DNA of 28,511 bases. It comes from Myxococcota bacterium. Its GTDB lineage: Bacteria; Myxococcota_A; Polyangia; Polyangiales; Sandaracinaceae. The notes below the pieces were generated by a model. It was not told where the DNA came from. It searched no databases and saw only the letters and a list, made by a program, of their open reading frames with translations. Positions 8,067 to 15,708 of the stretch are shown here, one piece after another (the stretch's first letter is position 1; each line of letters opens with the position of its first letter). Location of the stretch: positions 1-28,511 of the forward strand of contig JAYZQJ010000287.1 in NCBI GenBank assembly GCA_036149055.1. Direction: 5' to 3'. The position numbers and the translations under genes were made by a program.

Positions 8067-9731
8067 TCAGCGGAGATACGAACGGAGAATCTCTTTGCGA
8101 TCGTCGTCCAAGATCCGGGGGAACTTGGTCTGGACGCTGTGGTTGCCGATGTCGCCCATGAAGCGGCGCACGGAACCGGGGGGCAGGACGACGAGCTCGG
8201 GGCGGAGGATCGCGATGTCTCCGTCTCGGTGCTCTCGGTAGACGCGGTTCTGCTCGGAGAGCTTCGCGTCGAAGGCGTCCACGAACTTCTCGCGGTCGAG
8301 CGCGCCGGCGTCGCCGATCAGCTCGACGAAGACCACGTACCGGCTCTTGGCGGTGCCGTCGATGCCGACGTCCGCCGCCGCGCCGTAGTCCACGCTGCGG
8401 GCGCCGGTGGCCTCGAGGGCCGCCTCGACCGAGCGCTGGATCTCGACGTGGGTGGTGAGCTCCTGGGTGGTGCTCAGGCAGCCGCTGAGGCGGCCGGCGA
8501 ACTCCACGCGGAGGGGCTCGAGCGAGGGGAAGCGGACGAGGTCGCCGAGGCGGTAGCTGTAGAGGCCGCTCGGGGTCGTCACGTGGATCGCGTAGAGGCG
8601 GTCCTTCTCGACCTCCCAGAGGGGCACGCGGGTGGGCCACGGGTCGTCGGCCTCTTCGACCGGGACGAACTCGAAGAACACGCCGCGATCCGGGATCATC
8701 AGCATGCCGGGCTCGCCGCTGTGATCGGTGGCGGCGAAGATGCCGCCCTCGGTCGCGTTGTAGGTGTCGACGAGCACCACGTCGTCGCGGCCCATGCGCT
8801 CGCGGATGACGGGGAGGTAGGGGTCGGCGCTGACGCCGCCGCCGACGAGCACGCGCAGGTTCGGCCAGATCTCGCTGACGCTGTCGACGTGGCGGCCCTT
8901 GTCGCGCGCCTTCTCGAGCAGCTTGTCGAAGAGGAGCGAGAACCAGCAGGTCGTGCCGGCGACCGCGCGGATGTCGTAGTCGAAGTAGCGATCGACGATC
9001 CGCTCGAGCTTCGTGTCGTAGTCCTCGATCTCGCGGATGTCCTTGTCGGGCAGCTGCGCGGGCTTCGCGAAGGCCGGCATCTTGAGCGACTGGAGCGACG
9101 GGTTGGTCGTCACCCAGGTCGGCCCGTCCTTCTTCATCGTGGTGGGCGGGAAGAGGCCGAGGGTGAAGCCGCTCGTGAAGTCGTTCTCGCCGCGCCAGAC
9201 GAGGTAGCGGTAGAGCGAGTCGGCGGCGCTGCCGCGCTGGAACTTGATCTGCCGCTCGGCGATGGGCAGGAACTTCGACTTGCCCTTGTTCGAGCTGCCG
9301 GAGCTGTTGCCGAAGTACTTGATGAGCTCGGGGACGAGCACGTTGCGCTCGCCGCGGCGCATGCGCTCGATGCTCGGCGAGAAGGAGTCGTAGTCGCCGA
9401 CCGGGACGCGCTGGCGGTAGTCCTCGTAGCGGCGGATGGTGCCGAAGCCGTAGCGCTTGCCGTACTCGGTGTCCTGGGCGTGGCGCACGAAGCGGAGCAG
9501 CGTCGACTCCTGCGCGTCGCGCACCCGGCGGAGCGCACGATCCCAGGTCTTGACCCGCACCTGCGCGGTGGCCCACAGCGCCTGCCCCACCACCGGCGGG
9601 TAGATCGTCTTCTTCAGCTTGCGACCGGGATCGACGGGCCTAGTGGCTCCGTTGCTGCGCGCGGGGCTGGCTGCGCGCTTCGGCTCGGTCGAGCTGACGG
9701 ACGCTCGGGGCTGGGCTTCGCTGGACTCCAT
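8067..9731 (-). CDS. GH3 family acyl-acid amido synthetase (ANL adenylating enzyme)
   Basis: GH3 motifs YFGNSSGSS, TYNATEG and YSYRLGDLVRF; C-terminal QTKFPRI. Start ATG 9731 has AGGAAG upstream (alternative GTG 9770). Confidence 0.88.
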   Translation of the reverse strand: MESSEAQPRASVSSTEPKRAASPARSNGATRPVDPGRKLKKTIYPPVVGQALWATAQVRVKTWDRALRRVRDAQESTLLRFVRHAQDTEYGKRYGFGTIRRYEDYRQRVPVGDYDSFSPSIERMRRGERNVLVPELIKYFGNSSGSSNKGKSKFLPIAERQIKFQRGSAADSLYRYLVWRGENDFTSGFTLGLFPPTTMKKDGPTWVTTNPSLQSLKMPAFAKPAQLPDKDIREIEDYDTKLERIVDRYFDYDIRAVAGTTCWFSLLFDKLLEKARDKGRHVDSVSEIWPNLRVLVGGGVSADPYLPVIRERMGRDDVVLVDTYNATEGGIFAATDHSGEPGMLMIPDRGVFFEFVPVEEADDPWPTRVPLWEVEKDRLYAIHVTTPSGLYSYRLGDLVRFPSLEPLRVEFAGRLSGCLSTTQELTTHVEIQRSVEAALEATGARSVDYGAAADVGIDGTAKSRYVVFVELIGDAGALDREKFVDAFDAKLSEQNRVYREHRDGDIAILRPELVVLPPGSVRRFMGDIGNHSVQTKFPRILDDDRKEILRSYLR

Positions 9732-9821
9732 CGGAACTGCTTCCTTCCGGCGGCGGCGGGCTCTTGCCACCTATCGTGGCCACGCGCCAGCCGCCCCCCA
9801 CCCGGTCTGGACCGGGCGCGA

Positions 9822-10643
9822 CTATGTCACCTGTGTGATCGGAGGCAAGGCGCGGGCGTGCGCCAGCGCATCCTGCAAGGGCTGATGAATTCGGCCGTTC
9901 GTGGCCACGATCTGTCCGAGACGAGGGGCATCGGCGAAGCGCACCGGCGCTCCCGTGAAGTCGGTGACGCGCCCTCCGGCCTCCTGGACGAGCAAGATGC
10001 CTGCCGCGAGGTCCCAGGGCTTCAATCCGGCGTCCCAGAACCCGTCGTACGCGCCGTCGGCGACCATCGCGAGCTCGAGCGCGGCGGCTGCGCAGCGGCG
10101 TACGCCGTGGCTCCGGGCGTCGAGCGTCACGAACGGCCGGTAGTTGTTGTCGGGGTTGCGGGCGCGGTCGTGCGGGAAGCCGGTCGCCATCAGCGCCGCG
10201 TCGAGGGACGCCGTGGTGGAGACGCGGACCGCGCGACCGTTGCGCCGGGTGCCGTGGCCTTTCGCGGCGGCGTGGGTGAGGCCCATCGCCGGCGCGTGCA
10301 CCACCCCGACGAGCGGGGCGTCGCCGTCCCAGAGCCCGATCGACAGGCAGAACCAGGGGTGGCCGTGCGCGAAATTCCCCGTGCCGTCGATGGGATCGAC
10401 GTACCAGGCGAGGCCCCCCGGGGCGTCGTCGGCCTCCTCGCCCACCACCCGCGAGCCGGGCAGGAGGGCCCCGAGCCGCTCGCGCAGGAGCGCCTCGCAG
10501 CGGCGGTCGTAGTCGGTGACCACGTCGCCGCCCTCCCCCTTCGACTCCACCTCGGCGTCGTGACGGAAGCCCTCCATCAGCAGCGACCCCGCCTCGTGGG
10601 CGAGCGCGACGGTGGACTCCAGGAGCGAGGGGAGCTCGGGCAC
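9822..10643 (-). CDS. suhB: Inositol monophosphatase family protein
   Basis: DVVTDYDRRCE, GEE, WYVDPIDGTGNF, ATGFP, LKPWDLAAG. Start probably GTG 10643. Confidence 0.92.
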   Translation of the reverse strand: MPELPSLLESTVALAHEAGSLLMEGFRHDAEVESKGEGGDVVTDYDRRCEALLRERLGALLPGSRVVGEEADDAPGGLAWYVDPIDGTGNFAHGHPWFCLSIGLWDGDAPLVGVVHAPAMGLTHAAAKGHGTRRNGRAVRVSTTASLDAALMATGFPHDRARNPDNNYRPFVTLDARSHGVRRCAAAALELAMVADGAYDGFWDAGLKPWDLAAGILLVQEAGGRVTDFTGAPVRFADAPRLGQIVATNGRIHQPLQDALAHARALPPITQVT

Positions 10644-10720
10644 GCCCCGCACAGCTGCAACCGGCAGACCAATCGGCGCGCGGACCAATTTCGGCCACCT
10701 GGCCGGAAGTGGATCCGAGA

Positions 10721-10805
10721 CCGGGGATTCACGCTGTGAATTCCGGGCGTCACGGCGCGAAATCGATTACGCGCCGCGCGCCGACCGCGAAGCCGATTAC
10801 GCACC
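10721..10805. promoter_or_regulatory. Candidate operator elements in the divergent intergenic region
   Basis: Palindrome ATTCAC-gct-GTGAAT (10727-10741) flanked by CCGG. Imperfect 20-bp direct repeat CGCGAAATCGATTACGCGCC (10756) / CGCGAAGCCGATTACGCACC (10786), period 30 bp. Confidence 0.4.
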
Positions 10806-10850
10806 CCGAGGGCATTTCGGAGGGGGGCTCGTCTGCGGTATTCCTGACCG

Positions 10851-11240
10851 GTGCGATCCCCCCTGGCGGCCCTCGCCCTCCTCCTCGCGGCGTGCAGCTC
10901 GGCGCCCCCTCCTTCGGGGGCGGCGGCGCGACACCAGAACCTCGAGGTCCCGATCACGCGCTTCTGCGCCTGCGGCGCCTGGCCGGCGGAGGGCTGCCCG
11001 CCCTACCGGCTCAACGACATCGAGGCCCTGTGCTTCGACGTCGTGTACGAGACCTGGACCGAGCAGGTGATCGACAACACGATCTGCATGGAGCGCGCGC
11101 GCCTCGCGCTCGACGACTGCTTCTTCGAGGGCGTGGACTGCCTGACCTGCCGCGATCGCTGGGCGGCGCAGACCAACGCCTGCCCGCGCATCGGCGAGCG
11201 CGCGCAGCGCGAGCTCGACCGCTGCATCGACGAGCGGTGA
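10851..11240 (+). CDS. Hypothetical Cys-rich lipoprotein
   Basis: Signal peptide with lipobox LAAC; 10 further Cys in 129 aa; typical GC3-rich codons. Confidence 0.72.
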   Translation: MRSPLAALALLLAACSSAPPPSGAAARHQNLEVPITRFCACGAWPAEGCPPYRLNDIEALCFDVVYETWTEQVIDNTICMERARLALDDCFFEGVDCLTCRDRWAAQTNACPRIGERAQRELDRCIDER

Positions 11241-11241
11241 G

Positions 11242-12294
11242 CTACGGTCGGAGCCGCGCGAAGGAGCGGAGGAAGTTGGCGCCGAGCACCTTCTCGATCC
11301 GCGCCGACGGCCAGCCCGCGTCCAGGAGGCGCTGCACGATCCGGTAGTAGGCGGTGAAGCCGTCGCGCAGATCGGGCGGCGGCGTGATCGCGCCGTCGTA
11401 GTCGCTGCCGAGCGCCGCCGCGTCCTCGCCGGCCACATTCACCAGGTGCTCCAGGTGCGCGACCACCATCGAGGCGTCGTTGGGCATGCCGCGCGCGCGG
11501 AGGAAGCCGGGCTCGAACATGATCCCCACCACCCCGCCGCGATCGGCGATCGCCCGCGCCTGGTCGTCGTCGATGTTGCGCCAGTGATCCTTCACCCCAC
11601 GCAGCCCGGTGTGGGTGACGATCGGCGGCAGGTCCGGAGCGTGCACGTCGAGCGCGTCCCAGAAGCCGCGCGCGTCGATGTGCGAGAGATCGACGAAGAT
11701 GCGCGCCGCGTTCAGCTCCTCGACGTGCTGGCGCCCGGCCGCGGTCAGCCCCGCCCGCCCGAACGAGACCGGGCTGGAGGTGGTGCCGAACACCGAATTG
11801 CTGAGGTGCATGACGGTGACCCGCACCACGTCCTCGAGCGCGCCGGCCGACGGCGCGGCCTCGTAGGCGTTCCCACCCTGCACGCAGATCAGCGCGGCGT
11901 GCGCCCCGCGGGCCCGGGCCTCGAGGTAGCCGGCGTGATCCCGCACGACCTCGAAGCGCCCCCCCGTCTCCTCGAGCGCGGCGCGCAGGCCGCGCACGTT
12001 GTCGCGGAGCGCCTGCCACCGCCCCTCCGCGCGGCGCGCGATGTTGGTGGCGATCGACCACATCCCGCCGGTGAGGCCGGCGTCGAGGGCCCGCGGGAAG
12101 TCGAGGTGGCCGAAGAAGCGCCCTCGCAGCCAGTGCCGATCGTGCCGCGCGTGCAGGTCGTAGCCGAAGAGGCGCGGCGGGATGTAGGTCTCGAGGTGCA
12201 GGTCGACGACCTCGACCCCGCGGGTCAGCTGCACCGCGGCCACCGAGACCCCGGCGCGCCGCGCCGCCTCCTCGTCCGGGGTCCGTACGATCAA
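11242..12294 (-). CDS. Membrane dipeptidase (peptidase M19 / amidohydrolase fold)
   Basis: VVDLHLE, GHLDFPR, GLTAAGR, FVDLSH, THTG, RNIDD, ALGSDYDG, LGANFLR. TTG start overlaps the upstream TGA. Confidence 0.85.
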   Translation of the reverse strand: MIVRTPDEEAARRAGVSVAAVQLTRGVEVVDLHLETYIPPRLFGYDLHARHDRHWLRGRFFGHLDFPRALDAGLTGGMWSIATNIARRAEGRWQALRDNVRGLRAALEETGGRFEVVRDHAGYLEARARGAHAALICVQGGNAYEAAPSAGALEDVVRVTVMHLSNSVFGTTSSPVSFGRAGLTAAGRQHVEELNAARIFVDLSHIDARGFWDALDVHAPDLPPIVTHTGLRGVKDHWRNIDDDQARAIADRGGVVGIMFEPGFLRARGMPNDASMVVAHLEHLVNVAGEDAAALGSDYDGAITPPPDLRDGFTAYYRIVQRLLDAGWPSARIEKVLGANFLRSFARLRP

Positions 12295-12866
12295 CGGGCC
12301 ACACCGAACTGCAGGCGGTGACCGGGCAGCCCGCCGACGTCCGCGCGGAAGCGGCCGCCTTCGACCCGCACGGGATAGAACTGCCAGCGCGTCTGGGTGC
12401 CGAGCGTGTCGATCGCGCGCTGATCGTCGTCGACCTCCTCCATCGCGAAGGCGAGGTCCGACGACTCGAAGCCGCTCGGCAGCGGCTGCTCGGGGATCGA
12501 GATCGAGAAGCTCGTCCCCTCGGTGGCGAGGATCGCGGGCACGACGTTGATCATGGGCCCGAGGGGGCGCTGGCGCTCGGCGTCACCGAACGCGCGGCCG
12601 TCCGCCCCGACCTGGAGCGCGACCTCGGTCTCCCCCTGGAGCGCCCCGGCGGGGATCTCGAGCCGGGCGCCGTTGGTCAGCGAGAGCGTCCCGCCGGCCT
12701 CCCCGACCGCCGCGCGCGCCTCCTCGGTGCCGCTCGCCGACACCGGGCCCGCGGGCTCCGGCTCCGGCTCGACGAGCGGACCGCCCGTGGTCTCGCCTAC
12801 GTCCTGGCTGCCTCCGCACCCCGCGCACATCAGCGCGAGCGCGCACCCGATGATCCTGAGCTTCAT
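12291..12866 (-). CDS. Hypothetical lipoprotein with ZU5-like domain
   Basis: Lipobox CAGC; VGEAGGTLSLTNGARLEIPAGAL resembles the start of a ZU5 domain; GGGGGA ribosome-binding site. Confidence 0.65.
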   Translation of the reverse strand: MKLRIIGCALALMCAGCGGSQDVGETTGGPLVEPEPEPAGPVSASGTEEARAAVGEAGGTLSLTNGARLEIPAGALQGETEVALQVGADGRAFGDAERQRPLGPMINVVPAILATEGTSFSISIPEQPLPSGFESSDLAFAMEEVDDDQRAIDTLGTQTRWQFYPVRVEGGRFRADVGGLPGHRLQFGVAR

Positions 12867-13007
12867 GTGATGGTCCCCCCTCGATGACCTGCATCGTAGG
12901 AGAGGCCACGCCGCGGCTCAATTCCTCCGCTCGAACCGGCCGAAGCGGCTGATCCGACATCGGGCGCGTTGACCCCCGAAGCGCAGCTTTGGCACTCTCG
13001 TCGGGTG

Positions 13008-13466
13008 ATGCGGTGCTCCATCCACGCGGTGGCGGTGGCTCTGCTCGGTCTCGGGCTGGCCAGCTGCGGGACCGTGGACCTCGGCGACAACATCGTCCCG
13101 CCGGATCTGCAGCTCGACGAAGACTTCTTCTACTGCGAGATCCAGCCCAACGTCCTGACCGCGAAGAGCTGCGCCGGCGGCGAAGCGGGCGAGAGCGGCT
13201 GCCACGCCGAGCGGGCGCAGCTGACGCTGATGGACACCACCGATCCGCCGCCGGTGTGCGAGGATGGCGTCGTGGTGGGGGGCGACATCAGCGCCGACTA
13301 CATCTTCAACTTCGAGGAGGTGCGGGCAACCGTGCAGTCGGATCCGCTCTCGAGCGCGTTCTACCGGCGGCCGACCAACCTCGACAGCCACCCGCGGCAG
13401 ATCTTCCCCGAGACCGATCCCTGCGCCGACATGATCGCGCAGTGGATCAACCGGGGCGCGCTTTGA
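13008..13466 (+). CDS. Lipoprotein with cytochrome-c-like (PSCyt1-like) features
   Basis: Lipobox LASC; FFYCEIQPNVLTAKSC...GCH; C-terminal IAQWINRGA. Start ATG 13008. Confidence 0.6.
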   Translation: MRCSIHAVAVALLGLGLASCGTVDLGDNIVPPDLQLDEDFFYCEIQPNVLTAKSCAGGEAGESGCHAERAQLTLMDTTDPPPVCEDGVVVGGDISADYIFNFEEVRATVQSDPLSSAFYRRPTNLDSHPRQIFPETDPCADMIAQWINRGAL

Positions 13467-14257
13467 GAGCGCTCGCGGTGGCCGCCCTCCTCTCCGGGCT
13501 GGCCACGACGCTCTTCGGGCTCACCGCGCACGCCCAGGACGAGGCCGCCGCCGAGGAGGGCATGGCGGCCGGCGTCTTCGCGCGGGTCATCGTCGAGCGC
13601 ACCGATCTCCGCTCCGGGCCCGGCGCGAGCTTCCAGCGGGTCCGCGGCGCCGAGCGCGGCGACGTCTTCCGGGTCGTGCAGCGCGCGAGCACCGGCTACT
13701 GGTTCCGGGTCGAGCTGCCCGACGGCACCTTCGCCTGGATCCACGGCGACACCGTCTACAACCACCAGGTCTCCGAGCAGGAGGCCACCGGCGGTCGCTT
13801 CCTGCCCGAGGTCTTCGCGCCGCCGCCGCTCCCGTCGGCTACCGGCGAGATCGCGGTCCAGTTCGGCATCCTCGGCTTCTTCAACGGCTTCATGGCCGTG
13901 CGCCCCGCGATCAACCTCGCGCCGGAGCTGGAGCTCGAGCTGAACCTCGGCGGCTCGGTGGGCGACGCGGGCCGGCTGCTGATGGCCTCGGGCGGGCCGC
14001 TGATCAACATCTGGCCGGAGTCCCCGGTCGTGCCCTTCTTCACGGTGGGCGGCGGCTTCGCGGTCGCCGATCCGAACGCCGACACCTTCCTCTTCGAGAG
14101 CGGGATGGTCGGCGTGCTCTACGGCGGCGGCGGCCTGCGCTTCGGCTTCCGCTATCGCCTCACCTTCCGCATCGAAGCGCGCGGCTACGCCTTCTTCGAC
14201 GAAGATCGCGTCACCGCGCTCGAGGAGATCACCGGTGGATTCACGGTCTTCTTTTAG
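13463..14257 (+). CDS. SH3-domain protein with C-terminal outer-membrane beta-barrel
   Basis: TTG start overlapping the upstream TGA. Signal peptide ending AHA-Q. Bacterial SH3 (DLRSGPGASF...WFRVELPDGTFAWI). Barrel strands VPFFTVGGG, GGGLRF, FRIEAR; terminal Phe (GFTVFF). Confidence 0.75.
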   Translation: MRALAVAALLSGLATTLFGLTAHAQDEAAAEEGMAAGVFARVIVERTDLRSGPGASFQRVRGAERGDVFRVVQRASTGYWFRVELPDGTFAWIHGDTVYNHQVSEQEATGGRFLPEVFAPPPLPSATGEIAVQFGILGFFNGFMAVRPAINLAPELELELNLGGSVGDAGRLLMASGGPLINIWPESPVVPFFTVGGGFAVADPNADTFLFESGMVGVLYGGGGLRFGFRYRLTFRIEARGYAFFDEDRVTALEEITGGFTVFF

Positions 14258-14462
14258 CGCCGCGCTCCTCGCGCTCATCGCGCTCGCGCTCGCCTCGGGG
14301 TGCGTGATGGTGCGGCCCGAGGAGCGCGAGTACCTCGCCGACCCGGCCATGACCTTCGGCTCCGAGGGCACCGCGGCGGCGCAGGAGGAGCACGTGCTGA
14401 CCAACCGCGAGGGCAGCTACGGCGCCGGCGCGGTGACGGGGGGCGGCTGCGGGTGCAACTGA
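14235..14462 (+). CDS. DUF4266 family lipoprotein
   Basis: ASGC lipobox, VRPEEREYLADPAM, REGS, C-terminal GGGCGCN. GAGGAG upstream of GTG. Confidence 0.88.
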   Translation: MDSRSSFSAALLALIALALASGCVMVRPEEREYLADPAMTFGSEGTAAAQEEHVLTNREGSYGAGAVTGGGCGCN

Positions 14463-15664
14463 GAGCCGCCATCGCCGCGTTCACCGCCGTCAGCCTCGCC
14501 GCGCTCCCGGCGTCGGCCGACGCGGGCCAGTTCGATCTCTACTCGACCCTCTTCTACGAGTTCGGCGGCCCGCTCGAGATGCTGGTCGTGAACCCGCGGG
14601 CGAACCTCCGGATCGATCCGGCCGAGGAGCTGACCCTCAACGTCAGCTACGACGCCGACATCGTCAGCGGGGCGAGCGTCGCGGTGGTCGACGCGCCGAG
14701 CGCGGACGTCGACGCGATCAGCGCGGCCAGCCTCACCGACTTCCGGTCGGTCGTCACCGGCGGCTTCCAGGCGCGCAGCCAGTACGGGAGCCTGCGGGCG
14801 AGCTACAGCTACGGCTTCGAGAACGACTACCGCTCACACAGCTTCACGGTCGGCGCGCGCACCGATCTCTTCGAGCGCAACACGACCTTCGACCTCAGCT
14901 ACGCGCGCGGCTTCGACTCGGTCTGCAACCTGAACCAGCCGCGGGTGCAGGAGGCGGTGGAGCGGCGGCGCCTCGACTCGAGCGAGGGCTGCTTCGACGA
15001 CGAGGACCCCGACCGGGCCGCGCTCGACATCGATCTCCAGACCTTCCAGGGCAGCTGGACCCAGGCCTGGGCGCCGATCTTCGTCACCCAGGTGACGGTG
15101 ACCGCGCAGCTGGTGGACGGCTTCCAGAGCAACCCCTATCGCGCGGTGTGGCTCGGACGCTCGGCCGCCCAGGAGCACCACCCCGACCACCGCTTCCGGT
15201 ACGCGGGCGCGCTGGCCGGCCGGCTCTGGATCGAGCCGCTGAGCGGGGCGCTCCAGGCGAGCGGGCGGGTCTATCGGGACAACTGGGACGTGCGCTCGGT
15301 GACGGCGGAGCTCGCCTACGAGCAGTCGATCGACGGCGCGCTCCGGCTCCGGCTGCGCGGCCGCTACTACCGCCAGGGCGCGGCCGCGTTCTTCAGCGAC
15401 GACTACGCGCTGCGGCCCCGCGGGCAGTACTTCACCGGCGATCGCGAGCTGAGCGACATGGAGAGCTACCTGGCGGGCGCGCAGATCATCTGGACGCTGA
15501 CGCCGGGGACCGAGGGGGCGTCGCTCGGCCCCTTCCAGAGCTTCCGGCTCGTGCTCGCCGGCGCGTTCGTGCACCACGAGTTCCCGAATTTCCGCTACGG
15601 CCGGGCCTCGGTGCCGAACAACAACTCGATCAACGCGACGCTCGGGCTCGAGGTGGTGTTCTGA
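14453..15664 (+). CDS. DUF3570 family outer-membrane protein
   Basis: GTG-CAA-CTG start overlapping the DUF4266 GCN-stop. DIVSGAS, ENDYRS, GFQSNPYR, EHHPDHR, YRDNW, RYYRQGAAAFF, TGDRELS; terminal Phe. Confidence 0.85.
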   Translation: MQLRAAIAAFTAVSLAALPASADAGQFDLYSTLFYEFGGPLEMLVVNPRANLRIDPAEELTLNVSYDADIVSGASVAVVDAPSADVDAISAASLTDFRSVVTGGFQARSQYGSLRASYSYGFENDYRSHSFTVGARTDLFERNTTFDLSYARGFDSVCNLNQPRVQEAVERRRLDSSEGCFDDEDPDRAALDIDLQTFQGSWTQAWAPIFVTQVTVTAQLVDGFQSNPYRAVWLGRSAAQEHHPDHRFRYAGALAGRLWIEPLSGALQASGRVYRDNWDVRSVTAELAYEQSIDGALRLRLRGRYYRQGAAAFFSDDYALRPRGQYFTGDRELSDMESYLAGAQIIWTLTPGTEGASLGPFQSFRLVLAGAFVHHEFPNFRYGRASVPNNNSINATLGLEVVF

Positions 15665-15708
15665 ACGACGCTGGCGTCCCGCGCCCACACTGAGTAGCGT
15701 TCGCGCCC

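Noticed and set aside
1590..9576. Arg/Pro/Gly-rich same-strand ORFs in alternative frames (1590-4274, 8023-9576)
   Set aside because: Out-of-frame readings of the MMPL and GH3 genes; their composition is typical of a GC-rich off-frame.
5329..10643. Classical aminoglycoside antibiotic cluster
   Set aside because: No glycosyltransferase, amidinotransferase, DOI synthase or resistance gene; the neighbours are lipid-transport proteins.
4258..10643. Standard phosphatidylinositol or di-myo-inositol-phosphate operon
   Set aside because: No CDP-alcohol phosphatidyltransferase or inositol-phosphate cytidylyltransferase motif in the window, though these could be encoded elsewhere.
388..10739. Long plus-strand ORFs (388-1812, 1451-4363, 4372-6687, 6698-8047, 8139-10739)
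   Set aside because: Antisense shadows of well-supported minus-strand genes, expected at high GC3; no recognisable motifs.
10756..10805. Mini CRISPR array
   Set aside because: Only two imperfect 20-bp copies with a 10-bp spacer, and no cas genes.
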